Shown: positions 13,763 to 26,649 of the stretch, piece after piece
Layout of the letters: each line of letters begins with the position of its first letter
How positions within the stretch are numbered: the first letter of the stretch is position 1
Origin: Camelus dromedarius
Taxonomy: Eukaryota
Direction of reading: 5' to 3'
Length of the DNA stretch: 64,000 nt
Assembly (NCBI RefSeq): GCF_036321535.1
Contig: NC_087436.1
Span: 2,046,001-2,110,000 of the forward strand
Notes under the pieces: generated by a model
What the model was told of the DNA's origin: nothing
Database searches by the model: none
What the model saw: only the letters and a program-made list of their open reading frames with translations
Position numbers and translations under genes: made by a program

Positions 13763-15556
13763 AATCTCAGTCTGTTTCCTAGTGCCGGTTTGAAGTTCCT
13801 GCAGTTTTCTCTGTAAAATCGAGTTGGAGTTAGAACCTCCCCATATATATGTATAGATTGCAGTTTGCAAGTGAAAAGAAACATTGAGTTCCCAACAAGC
13901 TTGGTGAAGGACGGCATTCACACACACTTATCTCTCAGAACTGAGCATGAGGGGAGACGTTCGTTCATCTAGCACAAAGGGAACGGGTTGCAGGAGAAAC
14001 TTTTACTCTGGTTTCTCAGTCGGTTTCCTAGTGCCGGTTTGAACTTCCTGCAGTTTTCACTGCAAAACCGAGTTGGAGCTAGTACATCCCCATATATATG
14101 TATGGATTGGAGTTAGCAAGTGAAAAGAAACATTGTGTTCCCAAAAAGCTAGGTGAAGGACGGCTTTCAGACACAATTATCCCTCAGAACTGAGCATGTG
14201 GAGAGACGTTCGTTCATCAAACACAAATGGAACGGTTTGCAGCAGAAAATTTTACTCTGGTTTCTCAGTCGTTTTCCTAGTGCCGGTTTGAAGTTCCTGC
14301 AGTTTTCACTGCAAAACCGAGTTGGAGCTAGTACCTCCCCATATATATGTATGCAGTGGAGTTTGCAACTGAAAAGAACCTTTGTGTTCCCAACAAGATA
14401 GGTGAAGGACGGCTTTCACACACACTTATCTCTCAGAACTGAGCATGTGAAGAGACGTTCGTTCATCAAACACAAATGGAACGGTTTGCAGCAGAAAATT
14501 TTACTCTGGTTTCTCAGACTATTTCCTAGTGCCGGTTTGAAGTTCCTGCAGTTTTCACTGTAAAACCGAGTTGGAGCTAGTACCTCCCGATAAATATTTA
14601 TGGAGAGGAGTTTGCAACTGAAAAGAATCTTTGTATTCCCATGAAGCTAGGTGAAGGACGCCTTTCACAAACACTTATCTCTCAGAACAGAGCATTTGGA
14701 GAGACGGTCGTTCATCTAGCACAAAGTGAACGGGTTGCAGGAGAAAGTTTTACTCTGGTGTCTCAGTATGTTTCCTAGTGCCGATTTGAAGTTCCTGCAG
14801 TTTTCACTGTAAAACAGTGTTGGAGCTAGCACCTCCCCATTTATATGTATGGAGTGGACTTTTCAACTGAAAAGAAACTTTGTGTTCCCAACAAGCTAGG
14901 TGAAGGACGGCTTTCACACACATATATCTCTCAGAACTTAGCATGTGGAGAGACGTTCGTTCATTTAGCACAAAGGAACGGTTTGCAGGAGTAACATTTA
15001 CTCTGGAATCTCAGTCTGTTTCCTAGTGCCGGTTTGAAGTTCCTGCAGTTTTCACTGTAAAACCGAGTTGGAGCTAGTACCTCCCCATAAATATATATGG
15101 ACTGGAGTTTGCAACTGAAAAGAAATTTTGTGTTCCCAACAAGATAGGTGAAGGACGGCTTTCACACACACTTATCTCTAAGAAATGAGCATGTGAAGAG
15201 ATGATCGTTCATCAAGCACAAAAGGAACGGGTTGCAGGAGAAACTTTTACTCTGGATTATCAGTCTGTTTCCTAGTGCCGGTTTGAAGTTTCTGCAGTTT
15301 TCAATGTAAAACCGAGTTGGAGCTAGTACCTCCCCATAAAAATGTATGGAGTGGAGTTTGCAACTGAAAAGAAACTTTGTGTTCCCAACAAGCTAGGTGA
15401 AGGACGGCTTTCACACACAATTATCTCTCAGAAATGAGCATATGGAGAGACGTTCGTTCATTTAGCACAAAGGGAACGGTTTGCAGGAGAAAATTTTACT
15501 CTGGATTCTCAGTCTGTTTCCTAGTGCCGGTTTGAAGTTCCTGCAGTTTTCTCTGT

Positions 15557-18068
15557 AAAATCGAGTTGGAGTTAGAACCTCCCCATATATATGTATAGAT
15601 TGCAGTTTGCAAGTGAAAAGAAACATTGAGTTCCCAACAAGCTTGGTGAAGGACGGCATTCACACATACTTATCTCTCAGAACTGAGCATGAGGACAGAC
15701 GTTCGTTCATCTAGCACAAAGGGAACGGGTTGCAGGAGAAACTTTTACTCTGGTTTCTCAGTCTGTTTCCTAGTGCCGGTTTGAAGTTCCAGCAGTTTTC
15801 ACTGCAAAATAGAGTTGGAGCTAGTACCTCCCCATATATATATATGGATTGGAGTTTGCAAGTGAAAAGAAACTTTGTGTTCCCAACAAGCTAGGTGAAG
15901 TATGGCTTTCAGACACACTTATCTCTCAGAACTGAGCATGTGGAGAGACGTTCGTTCATCTAGCACAAAGGGAACGGGTTGCAGGAGAAACTTTTACTCT
16001 GGTTTCTCAGTCTGTTTCCTAGTGCCGATTTGAAGTTCCTGCAGTTTTCACTGTAAAACCGAGTTGGGGCTAGTACCTCCCCATATATATTTATGGAGTG
16101 GAGTTTGCAACTGAAAAGAAACTTTGTGTTCCCAACAAGCTAGGTGAAGGACGGCTTTCACACACATTTTTCACTCAGAACTGAGCATGTGGAGAGACGT
16201 TCGTTCATCTAGCAAAATGGGAACTGGTTGCAGGAGAAATTTTACTCTGGTTTCTCAGTCATTTTCCTACTGCCTTTTTGAAGTTCCTGCAGTTTTCACT
16301 GTAAAACCGAGTTGGAGCTATTACCTCCCCATATATATGTATGGAGTGGAGTTTGCAAGTGAAAAGAATGTTTGTGTTCCCAACAAGATAGGTGAAGGAC
16401 GGCTTTCACACACACTTATCTCTCAGAACTGAGCATGTGGAGAGAAGTTCGTTCATCTATCACGAAGGGAACAGTTTGCAGGAGAAACTTTTACACTGGT
16501 TTCTCAGTCTGTTTCCTAGTGCCGGTTTGAAGTTCCTGCAGTTTTCACTGTAAAACCGAGTTGGAGCTAGTAACTCCCCATAAATATGTATGGAGTGGAG
16601 TTTGCAACTCAAAACAATCTTTGTATTCCCAACAAGCTAGGTGAAAGACGGCTTTCCCACACACTTATCTCTCAGAACTGAGCATGTGGAGAGACGTTCG
16701 TTAATTTAGCACAAAGGGAACGGTTTGCAGGAGAAACTTTTATTCTGGTTTCTCAGTCTGTTTCCTAGTGCCGGTTTGAAGTTCCTGCAGTTTTCACTGT
16801 AAAATCGAGTTGGAGTTAGAACCTCCCCATATATATGTATAGATTGCAGTTTGCAAGTGAAAAGAAACATTGAGTTCCCAACAAGCTTGGTGAAGGACGG
16901 CATTCACACACACTTATCTCTCAGAACTGAGCATGAGGAGAGACGTTCGTTCATCTAGCACAAAGGGAACGGGTTGCAGGAGAAACTTTTACTCTGGTTT
17001 CTCAGTCTGTTTCCTAGTGCCGGTTTGAAGTTCCAGCAGTTTTCACTGCAAAATAGATTTGGAGCTAGTACCTCCCCATATATATGTATGGATTGGAGTT
17101 TGCAAGTGAAAAGAAACTTTGTGTTCCCAACAAGCTAGGTGAAGTATGGCTTTCAGACACACTTATCTCTCAGAACTGAGCATGTGGGGAGACGTTCGTT
17201 CATCTAGCACAAAGGGAACGGGTTGCAGGAGAAACTTTTACTCTGGTTTCTCAGTCTGTTTCCTAGTGCCGATTTGAAGTTCCTGCAGTTTCCACTGTAA
17301 AACCTAGTTGGGGCTAGTACCTCCCCATATATATTTATGGACTGGAGTTTGCAACTGAAAAGAAACTTTGTGTTCCCAACAAGCTAGGTGAAGGACGGCT
17401 TTCACACACATTTTTCACTCAGAACTGAGCATGTGGAGAGACGTTCGTTCATCTAGGAAAATGGGAACGGGTTGCAGGAGAAACTTTTACTCTGGTTTCT
17501 CAGTCATTTTCCTACTGCCTTTTTGAAGTTCCTGCAGTTTTCACTGTAAAACCGAGTTGGAGCTATTACCTCCCCATATATATGTATGGAGTGGAGTTTG
17601 CAAGTGAAAAGAATGTTTGTGTTCCCAACAAGATAGGTGAAGGACGGCTTTCACACACACTTATCTCTCAGAACTGAGCATGTGGAGAGAAGTTCGTTCA
17701 TCTAGCACGAAGGGAACAGTTTGCAGGAGAAACTTTTACACTGGTTTCTCAGTCTGTTTCCTAGTGCCGGTTTGAAGTTCCTGCAGTTTTCACTGTAAAA
17801 CCGAGTTGGAGCTAGTAACTCCCCATAAATATGTATGGAGTGGAGTTTGCAACTCAAAACAATCTTTGTATTCCCAACAAGCTAGGTGAAAGACGGCTTT
17901 CCCACACACTTATCTCTCAGAAATGAGCATGTGGAGAGACGTTCGTTCATTTAGCACAAAGGGAACGGTTTGCAGGAGAAACTTTTATTCTGGTTTCTCA
18001 GTCTGTTTCCTAGTGCCGGTTTGAAGTTCCTGCAGTTTTCACTGTAAAATCGAGTTGGAGTTAGAACC
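15557..18068 (+). repeat. Tandem duplication of a 5-monomer unit (period ~1244 bp)
   Basis: ORF 5' coordinates 15659 and 16903 differ by 1244. Both copies have the same variant order: GTTAGAACC, CATGAGG, CCAGCAG, TTTTTCACTC, CACGAAGG..CAAAACAATC. Confidence 0.8.
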
Positions 18069-19900
18069 TACCCATATATATTTATGGATTGCAGTTTGCA
18101 AGTGAAAAGAATCTTTGAGTTCCCAACAAGCTAGGTGAAGGACGGCTTTCACACACACTTATATCTCAGAACTGAGCATGTGGAGAGACGTTCGTTCATC
18201 TAGCACAAAGGGAACGGTTTGCAGGAGAAAATTTTACTCTGGTTTCTCAGTCGGTTTCCTAGTGCCGGTTTGAAGTTCCTGCAGTTTTCACTGCAAAACC
18301 GAGTTGGAGCTAGTACATCCCCATATATATGTATGGATTGGAGTTTGCAAGTGAAAAGAAACATTGTGTTCCCAACAAGCTAGGTGAAGGACGGCTTTCA
18401 GACACACTTATCCCTCAGAACTGAGCATGTGGAGAGACGTTCGTTCATCAAGCACAAAGGGAACGGGTTGCAGGAGAAACTTTTACTCTGGATTCTCAGT
18501 CTGTTTCCAAGTGCCGGTTTGAAGTTCCTGCAGTTTTCACTGTAAAACCGAGTTGGAGCTTGTACCTACCCGTATATATGTATGGAGTGGAGTTTGCAAC
18601 TGAAAAGAAACTTTGTTTTCCCAACAAGCTAGGTGAAGGACGGCTTTCACACACATTTTTCACTCAGAACTGAGCATGTGGAGAGACGTTCGTTCATCTA
18701 GGAAAATGGGAACGGGTTGCAGGAGAAACTTTTACTCTGGTTTCTCAGTCATTTTCCTACTGCCTTTTTGAAGTTCCTGCAGTTTTCACTGTAAAACCGA
18801 GTTGGAGCTATTACCTCCCCATATATATGTATGGAGTGGAGTTTGCAAGTGAAAAGAATGTTTGTGTTCCCAACAAGATAGGTGAAGGACGGCTTTCACA
18901 CACACTTATCTCTCAGAACTGAGCATGTGGAGAGAAGTTCGTTCATCTAGCACGAAGGGAACAGTTTGCAGGAGAAACTTTTACACTGGTTTCTCAGTCT
19001 GTTTCCTAGTGCCGGTTTGAAGTTCCTGCAGTTTTCACTGTAAAACCGAGTTGGAGCTAGTAACTCCCCATAAATATGTATGGAGTGGAGTTTGCAACTC
19101 AAAACAATCTTTGTATTCCCAACAAGCTAGGTGAAAGACGGCTTTCCCACACACTTATCTCTCAGAAATGAGCATGTGGAGAGACGTTCGTTCATTTAGC
19201 ACAAAGGGAACGGTTTGCAGGAGAAACTTTTATTCTGGTTTCTCAGTCTGTTTCCTAGTGCCGGTTTGAAGTTCCTGCAGTTTTCACTGTAAAATCGAGT
19301 TGGAGTTAGAACCTACCCATATATATTTATGGATTGCAGTTTGCAAGTGAAAAGAATCTTTGAGTTCCCAACAAGCTAGGTGAAGGACGGCTTTCACACA
19401 CACTTATATCTCAGAACTGAGCATGTGGAGAGACGTTCGTTCATCTAGCACAAAGGGAACGGTTTGCAGGAGAAAATTTTACTCTGGTTTCTCAGTCGGT
19501 TTCCTAGTGCCGGTTTGAAGTTCCTGCAGTTTTCACTGCAAAACCGAGTTGGAGCTAGTACATCCCCATATATATGTATGGATTGGAGTTTGCAAGTGAA
19601 AAGAAACATTGTGTTCCCAACAAGCTAGGTGAAGGACGGCTTTCAGACACACTTATCCCTCAGAACTGAGCATGTGGAGAGACGTTCGTTCATCAAGCAC
19701 AAAGGGAACGGGTTGCAGGAGAAACTTTTACTCTGGATTCTCAGTCTGTTTCCAAGTGCCGGTTTGAAGTTCCTGCAGTTTTCACTGTAAAACCGAGTTG
19801 GAGCTTGTACCTACCCGTATATATGTATGGAGTGGAGTTTGCAACTGAAAAGAAACTTTGTTTTCCCAACAAGCTAGGTGAAGGACGGCTTTCACACACA
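17375..19900 (+). repeat. Near-identical tandem duplication of a 5-monomer unit (period 1245 bp)
   Basis: Private variant ATCTAGGAAAATGGG at 17451 and 18696. CACTTATATCTC and GAGCTTGTACCTACCCG are in both copies. No differences noticed by eye. Confidence 0.9.
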
Positions 19901-20849
19901 CTTATCTCTCAGAACTTAACATGTGGAGAGACTTTCGTTCATTTAGCACAAAGGAACGGGTTGCAAGAGTAACATTTACTCTGGAATCTCAGTCTGTTTC
20001 CTAGTGCCGTTTTGAAGTTCCTGCAGTTTTCACTGTAAAACCGAGTTGGAGCTAGTACCTCCCCATAAATATGTATGGAGTGGAGTTTGCAACTGAAAAG
20101 AAACTTTGTGTTCCCAACAAGTTAGTTGAAGGACGGCTTTCACACACACTTATCTCTCAGAACTGAGCATGTGGTGAGCCGATCGTTCATCAAGCACAAA
20201 GGGAACGGGTTGCAGGGGAAACTTTTACTCTGGATTCTCAGTCTATTTCCTAGTGCCGGTTTGAAGTTCCTGCAGTTTTCACTGTAAAACTGAGTTGGAG
20301 CTAGTACCTCCCCATAAATATGTATGGATTGGAGTTTGCAACTGAAAAGAAACTTTGTGTTCCCAACAAGCTAGGTGAAGGACGGCTTTCACACACACTT
20401 ATCTCTCAGAACTGAGCATGTGGAGAGACGTTCATTCATCTAGCACAAAGGGAACGGGTTGCAGGAGAAACTTTTACTCTGGTTTCTCTGTCTGTTTCCT
20501 AGTGCCGGTTTGAACTTAATGCAGTTTTCAATGTAAAACCGAGTTGGAGCTAGTACCTCCCAATATATATGTATGCATTGGAGTTTGCAACTGAAAAGAA
20601 ACTTTGTGTTCCCAACAAGATAGTTGAAGGACGGCTTTCACACACACTTATCTCTCAGAACTGAGCATGTGGAGAGACGTTCGTTCATCAAACACAAATG
20701 GAACGGTTTGCAGCAGAAAATTTTACTCTGGTTTCTCAGACTGTTTCCTAGTGCCGGTTTGAAGTTCCTGCAGTTTTCACTGTAAAATCGATTTGGAGCT
20801 AGTACCTCCCCATATATATTTATGGAGTGGAGTTTGCAACTGAAAACAA

Positions 20850-23800
20850 ACTTTGTGTTCCCAACAAGCTAGGTGAAGTACGGCATTCACACACACTTCT
20901 CTCTCAGAACTGAGCATGTGGAGAGACGTTCGTTCATCTAGCACAAAGGGAACGGTATGCAGGGAAACTTTTACCTTGGTTTCTCAGTCTGTTTCCTAGT
21001 GCCGGTTTGAAGTTCCTGCAGTTTTAACTGTAGAACCGAGTTGAAGCTAGTACCTCCCCATATATATATGGAGTGGAGTTTGCAACTGAAAAGGAACATT
21101 GTGTTCCCAACAAGCTAGGTGAACTTCGGCTTTCACACACACTTATCTTTCAGAACTGAGCATGTGGAGAGACGTTCGTTCATCTAGCACAAAGGGAACG
21201 GGTTGCAGTAGAAACTTTTACTCTGGTTTCTCAGTCTTTTTCTTAGTGCCGGTTTGAAGTTCCTGCAGTTTTCACTGTAAAACCGAGTTGGAGCTATTAC
21301 CTCCCCATAAATATATATGGAGTGGGATTTGCAACTGAAAAGAAACTTTGTGTTCCCAACAAGCTAGGTATAGGACGGCTTTCACACACACTTAGCTCTC
21401 AGAACTGAGAATGTGGAGAGACGATCGTTCATCTAGCACAATGGGAACGGGTTGCAGGAGGAACTTTTACTCTGGTTTCTCAGTCTGTTTCCTAGTGCCG
21501 GTTTGAATTTCCTGCAGTTTTCACTGTAAAACCGAGTTGGAGCTAGTACCTCCCCATAAATATATATGGACTGGAGTTTGCAACTGAAAAGAAATTTTGT
21601 GTTCCCAACAAGCTAGGTGAAGGACGGCTTTCACACACACTTATCTCTAAGAAATGAGCATGTGAAGAGACGATCGTTCATCAAGCACAAAGGGAACGGG
21701 TTGCAGGAGAAACTTTTACTCTGGATTCTCAGTCTGTTTCCTAGTGCCGATTTGAAGTTCCTGCAGTTTTCACTGTAAAACCGAGTTGGAGCTAGCACCT
21801 CCCCCATTTATATGTATGGAGTGGACTTTTCCACTGAAAAGAAACTTTGTGTTCCCAACAAGCTAGCTGAAGGACGGCTTTCACACACACATATCTCTCA
21901 GAACTTAGCATGTGGAGAGACGTTCGTTCATTTAGCACAAAGGAACGGTTTGCAAGAGTAACATTTACTCTGGAATCTCAGTCTGTTTCCTAGTGCCGGT
22001 TTGAAGTTCCTGCAGTTTTCACTGTAAAACCGAGTTGGAGCTAGTACCTCCCCATAAATATATATGGACTGGAGTTTGCAACTGAAAAGAAATTTTGTGT
22101 TCCCAACAAGCTAGGTGAAGGACGGATTTCACACACACTTATCTCTAAGAAATGAGCATGTGAAGAGACGATCGTTCATCAAGCACAAAGGGAACGGGTT
22201 GCAGGAGAAATTTTACTCTGGAATCTCAGTCTGTTTCCTAGTGCCGGTTTGAAGTTCCTGCAGTTTTCTCTGTAAAATCGAGTTGGAGTTAGAACCTCCC
22301 CATATATATGTATAGATTGCAGTTTGCAAGTGAAAAGAAACATTGAGTTCCCAACAAGCTTGGTGAAGGACGGCATTCACACACACTTATCTCTCAGAAC
22401 TGAGCATGAGGAGAGACGTTCGTTCATCTAGCACAAAGGGAACGGGTTGCAGGAGAAACATTTACTCTGGTTTCTCAGTCTGTTTCCTAGTGCCGGTTTG
22501 AAGTTCCAGCAGTTTTCACTGCAAAATCGAGTTGGAGCTAGTACCTCCCCATATATATGTATGGATTGGAGTTTGCAAGTGAAAAGAAACTTTGTGTTCC
22601 CAATAAGCAAGGTGAAGTATGGCTTTCAGACACACTTATCTCTCAGAACTGAGCATGTGGAGAGACGTTCATTCATCTAGCACAAAGGGAACGGGTTGCA
22701 GGAGAAACTATTACTCTGGTTTCTCAGTCTGTTTCCTAGTGCCGGTTTGAAGCTCCTGCAGTTTTCACTGTAAAACCGAGTTGGGGCTAGTACCTCCCCA
22801 TATATATGTATGGAATGGAGTTTGCAACTGAAAAGAAACTTTGTGTTCCCAACAAGCTAGGTGAAGTACGGCATTCACACACACTTCTCTCTCAGAACTG
22901 AGCATGTGGAGAGACGTTCGTTCATCTAGCACAAAGGGAACGGTATGCAGGGAAACTTTTACCTTGGTTTCTCAGTCTGTTTCCTAGTGCCGGTTTGAAG
23001 TTCCTGCAGTTTTAACTGTAGAACCGAGTTGAAGCTAGTACCTCCCCATATATATATGGATTGGAGTTTGCAACTGAAAAGGAACATTGTGTTCCCAACA
23101 AGCTAGGTGAACTTCGGCTTTCACACACACTTATCTTTCAGAACTGAGCATGTGGAGAGACGTTCGTTCATCTAGCACAAAGGGAACGGGTTGCAGTAGA
23201 AACTTTTACTCTGGTTTCTCAGTCTTTTTCTTAGTGCCGGTTTGAAGTTCCTGCAGTTTTCACTGTAAAACCGAGTTGGAGCTATTACCTCCCCATAAAT
23301 ATATATGGAGTGGGATTTGCAACTGAAAAGAAACTTTGTGTTCCCAACAAGCTAGGTAAAGGACGGCTTTCACACACACTTAGCTCTCAGAACTGAGAAT
23401 GTGGAGAGACGATCGTTCATCTAGCACAATGGGAACGGGTTGCAGGAGGAACTTTTACTCTGGTTTCTCAGTCTGTTTCCTAGTGCCGGTTTGAATTTCC
23501 TGCAGTTTTCACTGTAAAACCGAGTTGGAGCTAGTACCTCCCCATAAATATATATGGACTGGAGTTTGCAACTGAAAAGAAATTTTGTGTTCCCAACAAG
23601 CTAGGTGAAGGACGGCTTTCACACACACTTATCTCTAAGAAATGAGCATGTGAAGAGACGATCGTTCATCAAGCACAAAGGGAACGGGTTGCAGGAGAAA
23701 CTTTTACTCTGGATTCTCAGTCTGTTTCCTAGTGCCGATTTGAAGTTCCTGCAGTTTTCACTGTAAAACCGAGTTGGAGCTAGCACCTCCCCCATTTATA

Positions 23801-24854
23801 TGTATGGAGTGGACTTTTCCACTGAAAAGAAACTTTGTGTTCCCAACAAGCTAGCTGAAGGACGGCTTTCACACACACATATCTCTCAGAACTTAGCATG
23901 TGGAGAGACGTTCGTTCATTTAGCACAAAGGAACGGTTTGCAAGAGTAACATTTACTCTGGAATCTCAGTCTGTTTCCTAGTGCCGGTTTGAAGTTCCTG
24001 CAGTTTTCACTGTAAAACCGAGTTGGAGCTAGTACCTCCCCATAAATATATATGGACTGGAGTTTGCAACTGAAAAGAAATTTTGTGTTCCCAACAAGCT
24101 AGGTGAAGGACGGATTTCACACACACTTATCTCTAAGAAATGAGCATGTGAAGAGACGATCGTTCATCAAGCACAAAGGGAACGGGTTGCAGGAGAAATT
24201 TTACTCTGGAATCTCAGTCTGTTTCCTAGTGCCGGTTTGAAGTTCCTGCAGTTTTCTCTGTAAAATCGAGTTGGAGTTAGAACCTCCCCATATATATGTA
24301 TAGATTGCAGTTTGCAAGTGAAAAGAAACATTGAGTTCCCAACAAGCTTGGTGAAGGACGGCATTCACACACACTTATCTCTCAGAACTGAGCATGAGGA
24401 GAGACGTTCGTTCATCTAGCACAAAGGGAACGGGTTGCAGGAGAAACATTTACTCTGGTTTCTCAGTCTGTTTCCTAGTGCCGGTTTGAAGTTCCAGCAG
24501 TTTTCACTGCAAAATCGAGTTGGAGCTAGTACCTCCCCATATATATGTATGGATTGGAGTTTGCAAGTGAAAAGAAACTTTGTGTTCCCAATAAGCAAGG
24601 TGAAGTATGGCTTTCAGACACACTTATCTCTCAGAACTGAGCATGTGGAGAGACGTTCATTCATCTAGCACAAAGGGAACGGGTTGCAGGAGAAACTATT
24701 ACTCTGGTTTCTCAGTCTGTTTCCTAGTGCCGGTTTGAAGCTCCTGCAGTTTTCACTGTAAAACCGAGTTGGGGCTAGTACCTCCCCATATATATGTATG
24801 GAATGGAGTTTGCAACTGAAAAGAAACTTTGTGTTCCCAACAAGCTAGGTGAAG
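20850..24854 (+). repeat. Near-identical tandem duplication of an 8-monomer unit (period 1988 bp)
   Basis: Identical ORF pairs 22179/24167, 22428/24416 and 22447/24435. GTGAAGTACGGCATTCACACACACTTCTC at 20873 and 22861. At least 2 substitutions seen between copies. Confidence 0.92.
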
Positions 24855-26649
24855 GACGGCTTTCACACACATTTATCTCTCAGAACTGAGCATGTGGAGA
24901 GACGTTCGTTCATCTAGCAAAATGGGAACGGGTTGCAGGAGAAACTTTTACTCTGGTTTCTCAGTCTTTTTCCTACTGCCTTTTTGATGTTCCTGCAGTT
25001 TTCACTGTAAAACCGAGTTGGAGCTATTACCTCCCCATATATATGTATGGAGTGGAGTTTGCAAGTGAAAAGAATGTTTGTGTTCCCAACAAGATAGGTG
25101 AAGGACGGCTTTCACACACACTTCTCTCTCAGAACTGAGCATGTGGAGAGACGTTCGTTCATTTAGCACAAAGGGAACGGTTTGCAGGAGAAACTTTTAT
25201 TCTGGTTTCTCAGTCTGTTTCCTAGTGCCGGTTTGAAGTTCCTGCAGTTTTCACTGTAAAATCGAGTTGGAGTTAGAACCTACCCATATATATTTATGGA
25301 TTGCAGTTTGCAAGTGAAAAGAATCTTTGAGTTCCCAACAAGCTAGGTGAAGGACGGCTTTCACACACAATTATCTCTCAGAACTGAGCATGTGGAGAGA
25401 CGTTCGTTCATCTAGCACAAAGGGAACGGTTTGCTGGAGAAAATTTTACTCTGGTTTCTCAGTCGGTTTCCTAGTGCCGGTTTGAAGTTCCTGCAGTTTT
25501 CACTGCAAAACCGAGTTGGAGCTAGTACATCCCAATAAATATGTATGGATTGGAGTTAGCAAGTGAAAAGAAACATTGTGTTCCCAAAAAGCTAGGTGAA
25601 GAACGGCTTTAAGACACAATTATCCCTCAGAACTGAGCATGTGGAGAGACGTTCGTTCATCAAACACAAATGGAACGGTTTGCAGCAGAAAATTTTACTC
25701 TGGTTTCTCAGTCGGTTTCCTAGTGCCGGTTTGAAGTTCCTGCAGTTTTCACTGCAAAACCGAGTTGGAACTTGTACCTCCCCATATATATGTATGCAGT
25801 GGAGTTTGCAACTGAAAAGAACCTTTGTGTTCCCAACAAGATAGGTGAAGGACGGCTTTCACACACACTTATCTCTCAGAACTGAGCATGTGGAGAGACG
25901 TTCGTTCATCAAACACAAATGGAACGGTTTGCAGCAGAAAATTTTACTCTGGTTTCTCAAAGTGTTTCCTAGTGCCGGTTTGAAGTTCCTGCAGTTTTCA
26001 CTGTAAAACCGAGTTGGAGCTAGTACCTCCCGATAAATATTTATGGAGAGGAGTTTGCAACTGAAAAGAATCTTTGTATTCCCATGAAGCTAGGTGAAGG
26101 ACGCCTTTCACAAACACTTATCTCTCAGAACAGAGCATTTGGAGAGACGGTCGTTCATCTAGCACAAAGTGAACGGGTTGCAGGAGAAAGTTTTACTCTG
26201 GTGTCTCAGTATGTTTCCTAGTGCCGATTTGAAGTTCCTGCAGTTTTCACTGTAAAACAGTGTTGGAGCTAGCACCTCCCCATTTATATGTATGGAGTGG
26301 ACTTTTCAACTGAAAAGAAACTTTGTGTTCCCAACAAGCTAGGTGAAGGACGGCTTTCACACACATATATCTCTCAGAACTTAGCATGTGGAGAGACGTT
26401 CGTTCATTTAGCACAAAGGAACGGTTTGCAGGAGTAACATTTACTCTGGAATCTCAGTCTGTTTCCTAGTGCCGGTTTGAAGTTCCTGCAGTTTTCACTG
26501 TAAAACCGAGTTGGAGCTAGTACCTCCCCATAAATATATATGGACTGGAGTTTGCAACTGAAAAGAAATTTTGTGTTCCCAACAAGCTAGGTGAAGGACG
26601 GCTTTCACACACACTTATCTCTAAGAAATGAGCATGTGAAGAGACGATC

